From positions 399,699 through 463,698 of the forward strand of contig MNCI01003059.1 of assembly GCA_015680685.1 (NCBI GenBank): a DNA stretch of 64,000 nt, read 5' to 3'. The notes under the pieces are model-generated. The model worked only from the letters and a program-made list of their open reading frames with translations. It searched no databases and was not told where the DNA came from. Both the position numbers and the translations under genes were made by a program. Below, in pieces: positions 12,200 through 25,036 of the stretch (the first letter of the stretch is position 1; every line of letters begins with the position of its first letter). This DNA is from Gnetum montanum (taxonomy: Eukaryota; Plantae; Gnetophyta).

Positions 12200-14370
12200 A
12201 CGAAACTCACGCTATGGCCAAAGGGCTCACGTCGGATGGAGGGCTCACACTGTACAACTCATGCATATTTTCCCTTCACTCACGCTAGAACTGCTCTAGC
12301 ATCAGCTCACGATGGGCCTTCCAGTTGACCTTCCCTCCCAACGCATGCTAACATCCCAAACTCACATTCACGCTGGGCCTATCTAGCAAAATCACGATGC
12401 ATGTCTCCCCTATCTCCTCAATATTCCTGATGGTTTTCTCGCATTCCAACTCACGTTGGGAGCTAGCTCACGTTGCCCTGGAACCTATGTTCACATTGCT
12501 AAGTTTGAAAACCCAGGCAATCCCTGGCAATTACGCGTGCGCAAACAATCAAAAGGTTGAATTGACGTTGTCTAGGCTTGGCAAACTAATAAATAGGAAA
12601 CCTCCCCAGTCTCCCTAGTAATGCAACTCACGCTGTAGATAAAATAAACAGGCTTTCTGCCAACACAGCCCATACTGCAAGTCAAATGAAAAATAAAAAA
12701 AAAACAAGCCTTCCTCCTTGCACTCACGCTAAGGCCCACCCNCCCCCCCCCCCCCCCTGATGAGTGGCTAGGTACCCCTACGCCCAACCATACGAATCAC
12801 AAGCATTCACGTGCGACTCGGTCAAAATCTGCAGACTGTAAGCACTTAACATAGACCATACTTCCAACCAGTGAAACCTTGGGTTAGAACGGTCATTTTC
12901 ATCCTAATCTCACTTGTGAAGTTCTGTTACGTTGGTTAAGTGAGACTAAGGCTAATGATTTTTATAACTTTTTAATTATCTTTTTCAGTGAATAATTGAA
13001 GTATGGAAGGTAAGGAATAAACTGCAATCTAATCTCTAAGTATCCTAGTTTATATTCTAACTACTCCTAGCATAAGTATCTAGTCCCATCTTCCGAGCAC
13101 GTTTTGAGCATTTCCTAACACTACTGGGTTACCAGATGTTAAGCGTTGCTGGGCTTACGAAGTGTTTGGATTACGTTCGAGATGGTCGTACTTATGGCTT
13201 TAATGAACTACGAATGAACAATAACGATTGAAATTATAATAATGAAAACATAAATAATCAACAAGTAACTAATAAAGCATTAACAAGTAATTAATAAAGC
13301 ATAAACATTTTAAACTATTAAATGCATGAAACAACTAAGTCCAAATGCTGCAAGGTATGCTTGAACAGTTCATCTTTATTGTCATCATGCCAATGGGCTC
13401 AGATTCATCAATGCTCGAATAAAGATCTGATCACTTTTCTTACACCTGCTGCGGGCACTTGGAAAATATTCTATCTCTTGCAGGAGCAAACTGCAAGAGC
13501 TTCACTACAACTACTCAAAAGATGCCTAAATGAGGCGGAAGGCCCTCATATTTATAGATCCAGGAAAGGTGGCTATGTAAACGGGGCCACATCGATGTAG
13601 GGTGGTTACGTCGATGGGCCCGTGTCGACGTAGGGTGGCTACGTCGATGGGCCTGCGTCAACGCGGCCCAGTCGATGCATTGACTTTTGACACTTCATCA
13701 CCCCCCCTGAAAATCACGTTGCAGGGAGCCCTAGACTGATGCTACCAGGGAGGCTAAAAATCACGCTGAGCTTTCCCTTGAAATGCTGGCCATTCCCCAC
13801 TCAAAAATCCAGAAAATTCGTAGCTCACGCTGCCCTGCCTAAGGCCAAAAAACCAAAAATTCGCAGCTCACACTGACCTTTCCCTGAGCCCAAAAGTGAG
13901 AGCCCTAAAAATCCAAGAAAACCCCAAAACGCACGCCGCAAGAAGCCCTGAAAGCTTACGCTGGGTTGGATATCTGGGCATTCACACCCCAAATTTACAT
14001 TCACGCTACTCATGTTGATGCCAAAAGTCCAAAAAATCCCAAACTCCCAATCACAAAATTTTACCCTAGGTAACGCTGCTGGTAAAAATACCGGAAGAAA
14101 ATGGGGGGAAACAAACTTACTTACACAGGGCCTCATTCCACATTGGAATCCTAGCTTGGGGAAGACGCTGGAGAAGTCCTTCACTCTCCTACATGAACGC
14201 TAGATCTGCTTGCCTCTTTTCCTTGTTGCAGCTTGCCTTTCCTCTGCCCTTGTCCTTCATGGTTTGCCCTACTCACGTTGACGCTGACGCTAATGCCTTA
14301 GCTCATGCTTCCTGCACTCTGTAGCTCACATTGTTGTTCAGACTTCCAGGAACTCATGCTAAGAGAAATG
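12200..14370. promoter_or_regulatory. TCACGCT-motif-rich internal region between the antisense gene and pol (candidate internal promoter), interrupted by a solo LTR
   Basis: Many TCACGCT/CACGCT/TCATGCT copies at 12200-12640 and 13710-14360, the same motif that fills the element A LTRs and 5' leader. Promoter function is inferred. Confidence 0.4.
12758..13700 (-). mobile_element. Solo LTR of the Athila-like element C family, inserted in a poly-C run inside element A
   Basis: TGATGAGTGGCTAGGTACCCC...GACACTTCATCA, colinear with 47024-47925 and 59046-59933; CCCCC on both sides (TSD); no internal domain adjacent. Confidence 0.92.
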
Positions 14371-14974
14371 ATGCCTTGTGCTCCACGAAAAAAAACTCCC
14401 TTTTCTAACCTCTAATATTATCAATTTAATTTAACTTAATTTATCATCTTTTATTTTATCTCCTTTTTTAATTTTAATTTTACTTCATCATGTTTGCATG
14501 TTATTGTGTATGTCATCTTTGCCTTATGCTTGCCCAATATTCCTCATTATTCCAGCCTCTGGAGATCAGGCCCAAAAACTAAATTCTTATGAAGAAGAGG
14601 AGAAAAATGCAAAAATCAACAAAAATAAATAAACATATATAAACTTATAGAAATACGTAACGATGCACATAAAATTCATAAAGCTTTAAAATCTCCATGA
14701 ACTTATTGTTCACTCAAAAATTTAAAAGTTAAAACTTAAAAATGGTGCATACACTCAGTCCAAATGACAAGTCAACATAAATATTACTGACCTGGTACGA
14801 CCTTAAACTACCATGCGAACCAGTACGGCCTTAAACTGCCATGACTATCGCCACATCTCCTAATTTTGTCAGTATGTAGTTTGATTACCCTGTGTTCGTT
14901 TACACTTTCTAATTCTCTTGCCAAAGGGGTGTCTCTTACTTCGCCCTCGTTTTATATTGACAGAAGCGAGCACC

Positions 14975-17900
14975 ATGGCCACCAAGAACATCCCCTCAAC
15001 ATTGTCCCTCAGTGGACCATACAGGGAGGTAGAAAGAGCAATCAACCTAGAATCCTTGGATCTAGACGCATCCACTTATACCAATTTAATAGCCTCCACT
15101 CAAGAAACATCAGATTGGCCTAAAACGTGACTAAAACTCTAGATCTAGAAGCTGATAATATTACTGAAGATCCCCTAGTTGAGATCCCCATTACTACATT
15201 CAATGGCGAAACTAGAACATTAAAATTAAGCGCCCTACTAGACTCACAACTTGTAGGTGACATCACTCAAGTACTAAAAGACAATATAAAAACATTTGCA
15301 TGGTCATATACTGACATGCCAGGATTAGACCCCCGAATCATCCAACAAAACATTATCCTCGATGAAAAAATTAAACCGGTAAAACAAAAAGCACGAAAAG
15401 TTAGACCTGAAGTAGCATTAGCAGTTCGTGCTGAAATCACAAAGCTTTACTAANCTGAAGTAGCATTAGCAGTTCGTGCTGAAATCACAAAGCTTTACTA
15501 AGCCGGCTTCATCCGAGCTGTTGATTATTCCGATTGGGTGTCAAACATTGTTGTAGTCCCTAAGAAGAACGGTAGTATACGGATATGCATCGACTTCTGT
15601 GATCTCAACACAGCTACCATAAAAGATCATTTCCCATTACCTAGCATTGATCAACTTATTGACACAACTGATGGGCATGCACTGTTATCTTTTATGGATG
15701 GATTTTCAGGGTACAACCAAATAAGAATCAATCCAGAACATCAACTCAGAATAACCTTCATGATACCTTGGGGTACATTTTGTTATACTATGATGCCATT
15801 TGGCCTTAAAAATGCAGGAGCCATATATCAACGAGCAAGGACATATATATTTAGTGATTACATGCTCAATTTTCTCAATGATTACATTGATGACATCGTG
15901 GTTAAATCTAAAACAACCGAACAACATGCAAAAGGTTTAGACCTAGTGCTTAAACGTTGTTTAAAATATCACCTTAGACTCAATCCAAAGAAATGTGTCT
16001 TTGGTGTCAAAACGGGTAAGATGCTTGGTTTCGTAGTCTTTGAAACAAGAATACGGGTAGATCCTGATAAAGTTACGGCAATAACTAATATGCAACCGCC
16101 AAAGAACCTTACCGAACTACGTGGTCTCCAAGGTAGATTGCAATTCATAAGACGCTTTATCGAAAGACTGACAGATAAGTTGAGACCTATGCAACACCTA
16201 TTATGAAAAAACGTGCACTTCCAATGGACCCAACAATGTCAGGAAGCATTTGAGAACATAAAACAGGGGCTAGCTCAACTACCGATTGTTTATCCCCCAC
16301 AAGGTGATAAACACTTTTACATCTACCTTGCAACTTCTGATTCTTCCATCGCATCAATGCTATGTCAAAAACGCCAAGATGGAGTCGAAATCTCTATATA
16401 TTACCTAAGCCACGCTTTAATTGCCTATGAACAACGATACAATGATGTAGAGAAATCATGCCTTGCCCTTGTTTTCTCTTTGAAGAAATGGAGGCATTAT
16501 CTCTTCTGTAATCAAGTTTACATCATTTGCAAGGATAATGTACTCCGTGCCATCACTAATAACATCTATGAGTTGAGTAGGATAGCTAGGTGGAAAGCGA
16601 TGATCGCAAAGTTTGACCTACACTATGTTGCTCAATCTTTCACAAAAGGTCAAGCAATAGTCATGCAATTAGCCGTCTCGCCAACGCATGATCAAGCAAT
16701 AATTAACCCTGAATTCCCCGATGAGAATGTTAACAGTATAGACACCATACCTGACAACTATGAGGCAATCCTCTATTTCGATGGAGCCTCAACTTCCTGG
16801 GGAGGAAGTGTTGCAGCTGTTTTAACATACCCCTTTGGAGAAATCCAACCCTTTGCCTTCCGATTGACCTTTCCTTGTACCAACAACGTGGCAGAATACA
16901 AAGGTCTTCTTAGAGGTCTTCAAGCAGCATTGACTTCAAGAATCACACGTCTTGTAGTTCGAGGTGATTCACAGTTGATCATTAAACAGGTCACGGAAGT
17001 TTACGCATGTAAGGCTCTCCATTTGCAATCGTATTGTGATTTGACCAAACATCTACTGAGGCAGCTAGTAAAATGGATTTACAGCATGTCCCTAGAAGCG
17101 AAAACACCATTGCTGATGTACTTGCTACACTAGCCTTAAACATGACACCTGAAATGTTCCATGCGTTGCCTAGCTCTATAACAAGTTGTGCCGAACCTAT
17201 AATTAACACTCTTGACGAAATGCCTATAGCATCTGTTAGTAAAACACACGCAATAGAATGGTACGATGACATAAAAGAGTATCTTCTGTGAGGTGAACCT
17301 TCACAACACCTGACAAACGCTCAAAAAGACGTCGTGCGAAAACACTCCCGGCAATATGCGTTAATGGGGGACACATTGTGTCGCAAATCCTATGAAGGCA
17401 TCTTGCTGATGTGTGTTAGTAGCATCGACAATCAAATGATTGTAGAACAAGTCCACGAGGGACTTTGTGAAGGCCACATTGCACCCAAAGCATGGCAACA
17501 AAAATTAGGCCCTTAGGCTACTATTGGCCACACATGGAGTACGATTGCATCTCCAAAGTTAGGACATGTGACATTTGCCAAAAGCACAATAATCTAACAC
17601 ACGTGCCACCTAACAAATTTCACACAACCCAAATCACATGGCCATTCCAAAAATGGGGATTAGACTTAATCGGACCAATAATGCCATCATCCTCTACGGG
17701 ACATAACTTTATTATCATAACAACTGAATACTTCACAAAATGGGTAGAAGCTATTCCCCTTAGGAAAACCATGTCTAGAGACATTTGCAATTTCATAATA
17801 GAAAATATCGTGACTCGTTTTGGTATTCCAATGACCATCGTTACTAACAATGGGCCACAATTCAGTAGTGTAGATACTAAAAGTTTTTGTGAAAGCCTAG

Positions 17901-18496
17901 GTGTTAAACATGCATTTTCGTCACCTTACTACCCACAGAGCAATGGTCAAGCAGAGGCTACAAAAAAGACTGTCATCATGGTGCTCAAAAAGATGCTTAA
18001 TCAGAACAAGAAACGATGGCATGAACAATTAGTCTATGCATTATGGGCGTACAGAATGACACATCAAACATCTACAGGTAAAACACCATATAGTCTTGTG
18101 TATGGATATGAAGCTGTTTTACCTTTGGAGTTACAGATTCCGTTGTTGCGCATAGCTCTCTTGGGCCTCCTCGATGAAAGTTAAAACAATGAACTACACA
18201 TTGCTGACCTTGACTCAATAGAGGAAGAACGTGTGCAAACGCGTGATCAAATCAAATGGTACCAAAAACAACAGCGGCAACGACACAAACACGATCTACA
18301 CAAGCGCCCCACCAAAGAAGGAGACTTAGTCCTTAAAGCCACCCGTGAACATCTGGACAAATTCTCAGCCAACTAGGAAGGGCCTTACTTGGTCACCAAG
18401 GCATACAATAACGAAGCATTCAAGCTTGCTGACATGAACAGGAATGAGTTTGCTAATCCCACAAACCATCTGTACCTGAAACGGTACTTTGTCTGA
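14975..18496 (+). pseudogene. pol: pol of element A: RT, RNase H, archaeal-type RNase H, integrase (stops and frameshifts)
   Basis: RT: SNIVVVPKKNGSIRICIDF, SFMDGFSGYNQI, MPFGLKNAGA, YIDD. RH: YLATSD...YYLSH. aRH: LYFDGAS...TNNVAEY...GDSQL...NTIAD. INT: HEGLCEGH, CDICQKH, WGLDLIGP, YYPQSNGQAE, GPY, LKRYFV* ending at 18496. The start at CACCATGG 14975 is tentative. Confidence 0.92.
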
Positions 18497-18519
18497 TCAA
18501 ACTAAGGTACGTAACACTC

Positions 18520-18995
18520 CTGGCATTATGACTTAAAATTGATACCACAGAATAGTCCTGGCATTATGACTTAAAACTGATACCACAGAATGCTCCCGGC
18601 ATCATGACTTAAAACTAATACCATAGAACAGTCCTGGCATTATGACTTAAAATTGATATCACAAAACAGTCTCGGCATTATGACTTAAAACTGATACCAC
18701 AGAATGGTCTTGGCATCATGACTTAAAACTGATACCATAGAACAGTCCTGGGCCATGACTTGAAACTGGCACCACAAAGCTCACTCCGACATGATGCTAA
18801 ATTGCCACATTTGTCCGCTATGACATGAAAATAACATCCAGAGTCCACTAAGACTATAAACTAGTTTGCTTCTTCACAATCTGCTACGACTATAAACTAG
18901 CATTCACCGTCCACTATGACGCTAAACTGGTGCTTTCTGAAGGGTTATGACATGAAACTAATCCACAAAATTCCACTAAGACTATAAACTTGTGA
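18520..18995 (+). repeat. 38-bp tandem array (7 copies), then degenerate motif copies, in the element A 3' UTR
   Basis: Unit ctggcattatgacttaaaactgataccacagaatagtc starts at 18520, 18558, 18596, 18634, 18672, 18710 and 18748; then CCRCTAYGACNNTAAACT copies continue to ~18995. Confidence 0.9.
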
Positions 18996-20197
18996 CATCA
19001 TCGATGACAAGGAAAAACTTGAAAAGATGTGGCTACAATTGGCTGTACATGTTTCATAAAGACTTGCTGCATGATTTGTCTCATGGGCCTTGATGAGGCT
19101 GATGTTGTTCATGATTCTGTTGGCTTTGAAAATTGCACGCGGTGGCTCCATCTCCTTGTTTAAAGTGCTTAGTTAACCGTTTCATTTGTGTTTTTTTACT
19201 TGTCTTCTTAGAGTTGTGTTTGCAAGATGACACACCTGAGGCGTTTGTACATAGATGCACTTCATCGTGATGACAAGGTATCACATTCTTGTTGATGCAT
19301 GTAACTAGGTTCGTCAATTCATTCATAAGTACATTCCTGATTCCTGATACATTCCTTATTCCCCATCATGCTCCCTTATCCTATTCAATTACACCCTCTT
19401 GATACATCCCATTCACTTCAAGGTTCTTGGTACATTGTTGCACACTGTGACTCTCTAAGCAGTTGCAACACAAAACACAATATACAAAGCATGATACAAA
19501 ATGCAAGCACTCAAAAACGAGCATAGCACTAAAAGCACACTCTTTCAAAAGGACCCAGAACAAGAAAAGAAAATAATAAAAGAAAAAAAAAAGAAAAACA
19601 AAAGAAAAACAAAACAAAGCAAAAATAAAAGAAAGGAAGAAACAAACAAAAAGAGCAAAAGGGTCAAAGAGTGAAATGTATGGAAAAGGTTTTCATGACC
19701 TGTTGACATCATAAACAAAAGACTATTGGCTTTTCTCATACAAGCCCCAGGCAAGAAGGTAATTGTCTTGGAAAACAGCTACACTCATGTCTCAAAGAGA
19801 CCATGTTGCACATCATCATGTGGCTTTGGCTATTTACAATGGACCCCATAAACACTCTATAAGAGTCCCATTTCTCCAAAGGATGCACCTCCTATGTCTT
19901 GGCTCTGAGTCTGCTGAAAATCGGCTATTGACAAGGACTAAAGATATAGCTTGTTCACATGAGAGCATTCCTCTCCCACAACTCTGGCAGCAATTATAAC
20001 CCTAGATCAACTTTTGATTTCCCCGGTTACAACCAATCCGCTTTACATCCTGAACCGCACTTCCCCAATCCCATGTACTTTTGAACACGGTGCGATGACG
20101 TCCAGCCAAGGGCTGACGGTTAATGTTTGGTACTTGGTTGTTCATGGTTTTTTGCACTTCTTTGTCAATGCCTCTCAGGTGGATTCCTCCAGACGTC

Positions 20198-20213
20198 AAC
20201 AAAGAGGGGCCAA
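20198..20213 (+). other. Polypurine tract of element A
   Basis: AACAAAGAGGGGCCAA immediately precedes the 3' LTR TG. Confidence 0.85.
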
Positions 20214-21873
20214 TGAAACACCACTAATTTTGGCTTAGCACTTTGAAAATGACTCAAGCCCTTTCAAGCTTGCGAACTCAAGTCCAACTTGCTCAAGCCA
20301 GCTTGCTCACACTGTCAAAACTAGCTTACCCTCAGTGTGAGTAACTCCGACAGCTTCAAAATCAAGTCAAAGATGGTCCAATCTCAAGGTGCACGCCATC
20401 CTCAAGGGCCACTGATGTCAACTCCAAGCTTCAACATCCAAAGATTCAAATTTCAGGTCAAAAAGTGCAAAGATTCTCACTCACACTGTCACTCACGCTG
20501 AGGACATGCTGCAGCATGAGTAACTTTCAGAACTTGGAATTGAGCCCAAAACTGAGCCAAAATGACCTAATTTCCAAAGTGCAAGTCACCCTCAGAGCTC
20601 ATTGTTGACAACTACAGACCTCAACCTCTAGAATTCCAAATTTTTGAGTTCAAAATTGCAAGTTTTTGTAGCTAGTCACACTGCAACTCATGCTGTGGTC
20701 ATGCTGCAGCGTGAGTCTAGTGTGAGCTGCCAAAGGTGGCTAAAAAAAAGTCACTTTCAAAGTCAGTTTCTGATTTTCAAATCACTCTCAAGGTCAAACA
20801 CAGACAGGCAACTGTTGTACTCAAGAATCAAGCTTCAAAAATCAAAATTTGGAGTGAAATGCATCACTTTCAAGTCATTCACGCTGAGGTCACGCTGAAG
20901 GACACGCTGCAGCGTGAGTGTAGCGTGCGCACGTTGGGACACGCTAAGACAAAATCAACTCATGCTAAAGTACAACAATGCCTCAAACAACCACAGAACC
21001 ACTCAAATTGACATCCTGCAATAGTCAAGTCAGAGATCCAGAAGTTCAAAGCGAGCCAGAGCCAATTTCTCTTGTTGTACATTATCATTTCATTGTAAAT
21101 TTTCATTTGTGAGCTTGTCGCTCCGAATTGTATGTGCCATGAGCATGAGCTGGCTTGAGTGAGTTGTCACACGTTGTAAGATACAATGTACCTGGTCCAG
21201 AATGTAGCTTGCCCACACACATCCAACTCACATACAGCTGCCCATCGGACACATGTCGCTTTCCTCTCATCTCCCAACCATTGACTCCATTCTTGAATTC
21301 TGCATCCTAGCCCAACCTAGCCCTATAAATACCTTGTCAATTCACATAAATGAGGTTGGCAATTTTAGAGGTGGATGGCTTAGGAAGCACTAACCAACGA
21401 CTTTGGACGCTTAGACACACTTGACTCCTAGCATCCAAGCACTTCTGAAACATATCGCATTACCCTGGGGCTTGGCACTTAACTTGCCACGTACATGCAA
21501 CTACGCTTTGACCGATGCACATCTTTTCTAAGCAATACAATACAGTTCATTTTGCCAGCCATTATTTTGTTTACTCTGCTTTACATTCAGTTAAAGTTTT
21601 ACTTGCAATACTGTTCTGTGTACATTTTTGTTTACATTTAGTGCGCTTTGTTTGCATTTAAAACATTTCGTTACGATAACCCCAACACAAACCATAGTTT
21701 ACGCTCAGGGAAGTCCTTGGTTGATTTGTGTGCAGACCATCCAAGGCACTCTGCCTTCATTTTCTTTTCCAGCTTTGCCCTCGGGCGAAGGCAGGGTCAG
21801 CTGCGTCTGCCTGACGATCTTTCGGTGTTTGTTTTTCCCTTCCAGCCTTACACCGACGATTTAGGTCAGTACA
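20214..21873 (+). repeat. 3' LTR of element A
   Basis: Colinear with 1835-3490, same termini; differences are mainly transitions plus small indels. Confidence 0.95.
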
Positions 21874-22159
21874 ATATGCACGATGAAATAGAATATCTAT
21901 TCTTACATCTATGCAAACATAAATTAGCAAAGTAAGAATGGGATCACATAATCTTTGATGTGAAAATGTGCAATATAAGGACAAAATATGTTAATTGTGC
22001 TAACTACAAATAAAAGATGAACAATATATATTATTGGAATATTGGAAAAGATGACAAATCTTCGATCAAACTTTGTATTGGTTATTTAAGCTATTAGTGA
22101 AAATTCTAGGTATTTATATAGAGGTGTGTGCAAAGTGCATGAATGTTGAACACATTTTT

Positions 22160-24875
22160 TGTTACATTCTTTCCAGAGACATTGAGTATGACAATATAAT
22201 TATGATGTATATATTGTGCGATGGGTTATCAAGAATGAGTTAGTTTGTTATGGTTTCACTTTATAGGCTATGATGTTTTGGCTTTTATGTTATAATTATG
22301 ATGTATTTACATACTTAACTAACATGATTATGTATACTAGCCCTGTGTGATGTGTTTGACATGTGACATGGTTGGCAAAGATGTTGGACTGGCGTACAAG
22401 AACAACTATTTAGTATGTATTTATGCTTTATATATAATTTTGGTATTTATGCATTTGAATTGTAGCAATGTGTTGCATGATACATGGATGTAATTTTAGC
22501 ATTTGGATGTGTAGAGCGTTTAATATGGATCTCAAAGGTTTAAACAGATTTTGATTTGGAGTCCTAGTGTGTTTGTTATGCATGTCTAAAGTGTAGGGCA
22601 TTAGTTAGGGAGGAAATAAAAAAAATAGACTTATGAAAATAATTCTTGTTTTAAAAAAAAGTTAAGTAAAATTATTTGACAAATGCACATGACGTGTTGG
22701 GTGAAGAGAGAGTAAAGTTATTTGTATAAAACACATATCCATTGTATGTGGTTTATAAATCATTATGTATTTTTTTTATTTTTCACCACCTTCTTTACCA
22801 TGTACCTTGAGAATTTGAGTTAAAGAGAATTTGATTTTGAGTTTCTGCTTTCACATTTCTTAAATTTTCTTCCATTTTTCTACTCTTTTTTCGAAATTTT
22901 AGCTTTGTGGATGGCTTTTACTTGCTCTAACTTGGATTTGGGATTGCTACAGTAATATCTATGTGGGTACAAAAGTTGTTTTCAGTGAAATGGCATCTTG
23001 CTAGATTTCTGAGGGTTTTATGTTTATTTTGGACTTTTTGCTTCAATAATTATAATTGGCGGGTTGTTTTTACCTTTTTCTTGTACTTTTGTGCTAGATT
23101 AGTGTATATAATCATGTGATGTAGGCATGTGGGGCAGATAGTTAAAAAATTGAATTTGGACATATTGATTTGCAAATTTCCCAAAATTTTACAATTTTGG
23201 TTGTGGATTGTTTATGAAAAAAACTATGATATATGAAATGATGTGGACTTGTGGAATATTAAATGTGATGTTGATGAGACTAGCATGGCTGGAATATTAT
23301 ATTTTATGGGTTTGTTGTTGCCTAAGAGTTTTTGGGAGTTTCAATTTTCACTAGTTGTAATTAAATAATATTATTTATTATTTTATTAATTAAAATTTAA
23401 ATGCACATAACTTTGCTTTTAGGAGTTTGATTGAGGTGAAATTAGGGTCATTAGAATCGTCTTGAGATGTACTTTCTAATTGTAGAATTTGCTTACTCTT
23501 TTGGCATATATCATTTTGGAGGTTACAATAATGGTCATTTTTATAGAATTATATATAGTTCAAAATAGTATTGCTATGGTGCAAAATTTTGTTTCATCAA
23601 GTTATGGTATTGTTCTCATGAAATGAATGTGACTATTAAATGTGGATATATATGGTTATGTTATGTTTATTTTGGTTATGTTGTGCTTGCATCATGTGTT
23701 CACTTAAGTTAGCATGGATTTGTACGTGTCTTCACAACAACCTTTATAATGGTCGTTGGTGGACGATGCTAACATAAGGGTGTGGACCAATTGGGTGAGG
23801 CTCTTGTCTCAGGCCTCATCTTAAGAGTGGGAGAGCATAGGTGTGTTTGTCCCTATGGTTGATACATAGCACAGGTATGTTTGTCCCTATAGCTGGTCCT
23901 TCAAAAGGCTAGTGGTTTTGGGTCATAGGTTGATGGCCCCTAGCACCGGTTAGGTAAATAATAGATTAATAAAAGACTTGTAGGCAATGGTTGTTTATGA
24001 GTACTCATGACAATGTTTCACATACTACACTGAGTGTGGATATGTTAGCGACCACTTGGGAAATGTGTATATGATGATATTAGTTTATGAGTCATAGTGT
24101 TGATAATATATCTTATGATTGAACTATGATTGTGTGGTCCATGTGTTGCTTGATGGTATGGGTATGATGATGTGGGCATGATCGTGGAGATGCATGTGGT
24201 GCAATGTAATGGATGCATGATTGATTGTCTGACAATGATTCTATTTATGACTATGTGATAGCCATTTGTTCACTTTAGTACAAATTATGCCAGTGTGATA
24301 TTGTATGTACATGTGTTACTTTAAGCATGGGCAAAACTAGTAATTAATGCAGGTTGCCTTGTACCCCATTCCTCTCCTTCAGTTGTTGATCATCTAGTAG
24401 GGGAAGTGTAAAGGCTTTCCACTCAATTTTATACTAGCTTTATTTAGTTATAGGTGGAAGCTGTAGGGATGAAGGAGAGCACTAAAAGAGAGCATAGGGG
24501 AGAAAAATTCTTGAGGATTCATTAATGTATATTTCCATGCACAATAGTGTGGACTATTTAAATTTGTATGACCCTCATTGTACTCTTATGTATAAGATGA
24601 TGCTTATGTTTTGTATCGTGTGAGAGTAGTATAGATTTTTTGGTTTATGTAGAGACATGTAATTTTATGGATTGATGTATATGCTTGATCTTCGATTCAA
24701 CAAGGATTTTTGTACAATTTGGTTTGTAAGAGATATATATATTAAGTGGTTTATTTTTAATGTATTTCCATGCACCACTAGTTTCTTAGAGTGTCATGCT
24801 TTCATTGTGTTATTATTATTAACAATCCTAGGCATGACTTTTTCCTAGATAAGTGCGGTAGGGTAGAGCGCTACA
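22160..24875. mobile_element. Solo LTR (~2.7 kb), same family as 35480-38214, possibly Tekay/Del-like gypsy
   Basis: TGTTAC...GCTACA ends; TSD TTTTT/TTTAT; colinear along its length with 35480-38214. Lineage is guessed from termini and size only. Confidence 0.85.
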
Positions 24876-24965
24876 TTTATTGTAGCTAGAATTTTTTGTT
24901 ACTGAAGTAATTTGTACAAACTAATTTGTCTAATAAATCTTTTAAGTCCATAAGTATCAAACCTA

Positions 24966-25036
24966 CATATGGCTTGGGATCGAACTCCTACCTTGCAAAA
25001 CATAAGAGACATGCTCTAACCAAGTGAACCTCTTCC
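24966..25036 (-). other. tRNA-derived fragment (tRNA pseudogene or SINE head)
   Basis: Minus strand reads ...ttcacttGGTTAGAGCatgtctcTTATGttttgcaaggtaggaGTTCGATCCc...: Pol III A-box-like and B-box motifs at tRNA spacing, but poor stems. Confidence 0.4.

Larger units (their letters stand above)
1835..21873 (+). mobile_element. Element A: full-length Ty3/gypsy Tat (Ogre/Retand-type) LTR retrotransposon, ~20 kb, decayed ORFs
   Basis: Paired ~1.66-kb LTRs with TG...CA ends. Near-perfect 5-bp TSD TTATG (1830-1834)/ATATG (21874-21878). PBS-like site after the 5' LTR and PPT before the 3' LTR. Gag has a Cx2Hx4Hx4C knuckle; pol order is RT-RH-aRH-INT. Confidence 0.95.

Noticed and set aside
15407-15501. 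Exact 47-bp tandem duplication at the start of RT
   Set aside because: The two copies are separated by a single N, typical of an unmerged contig overlap; assembly artefact.
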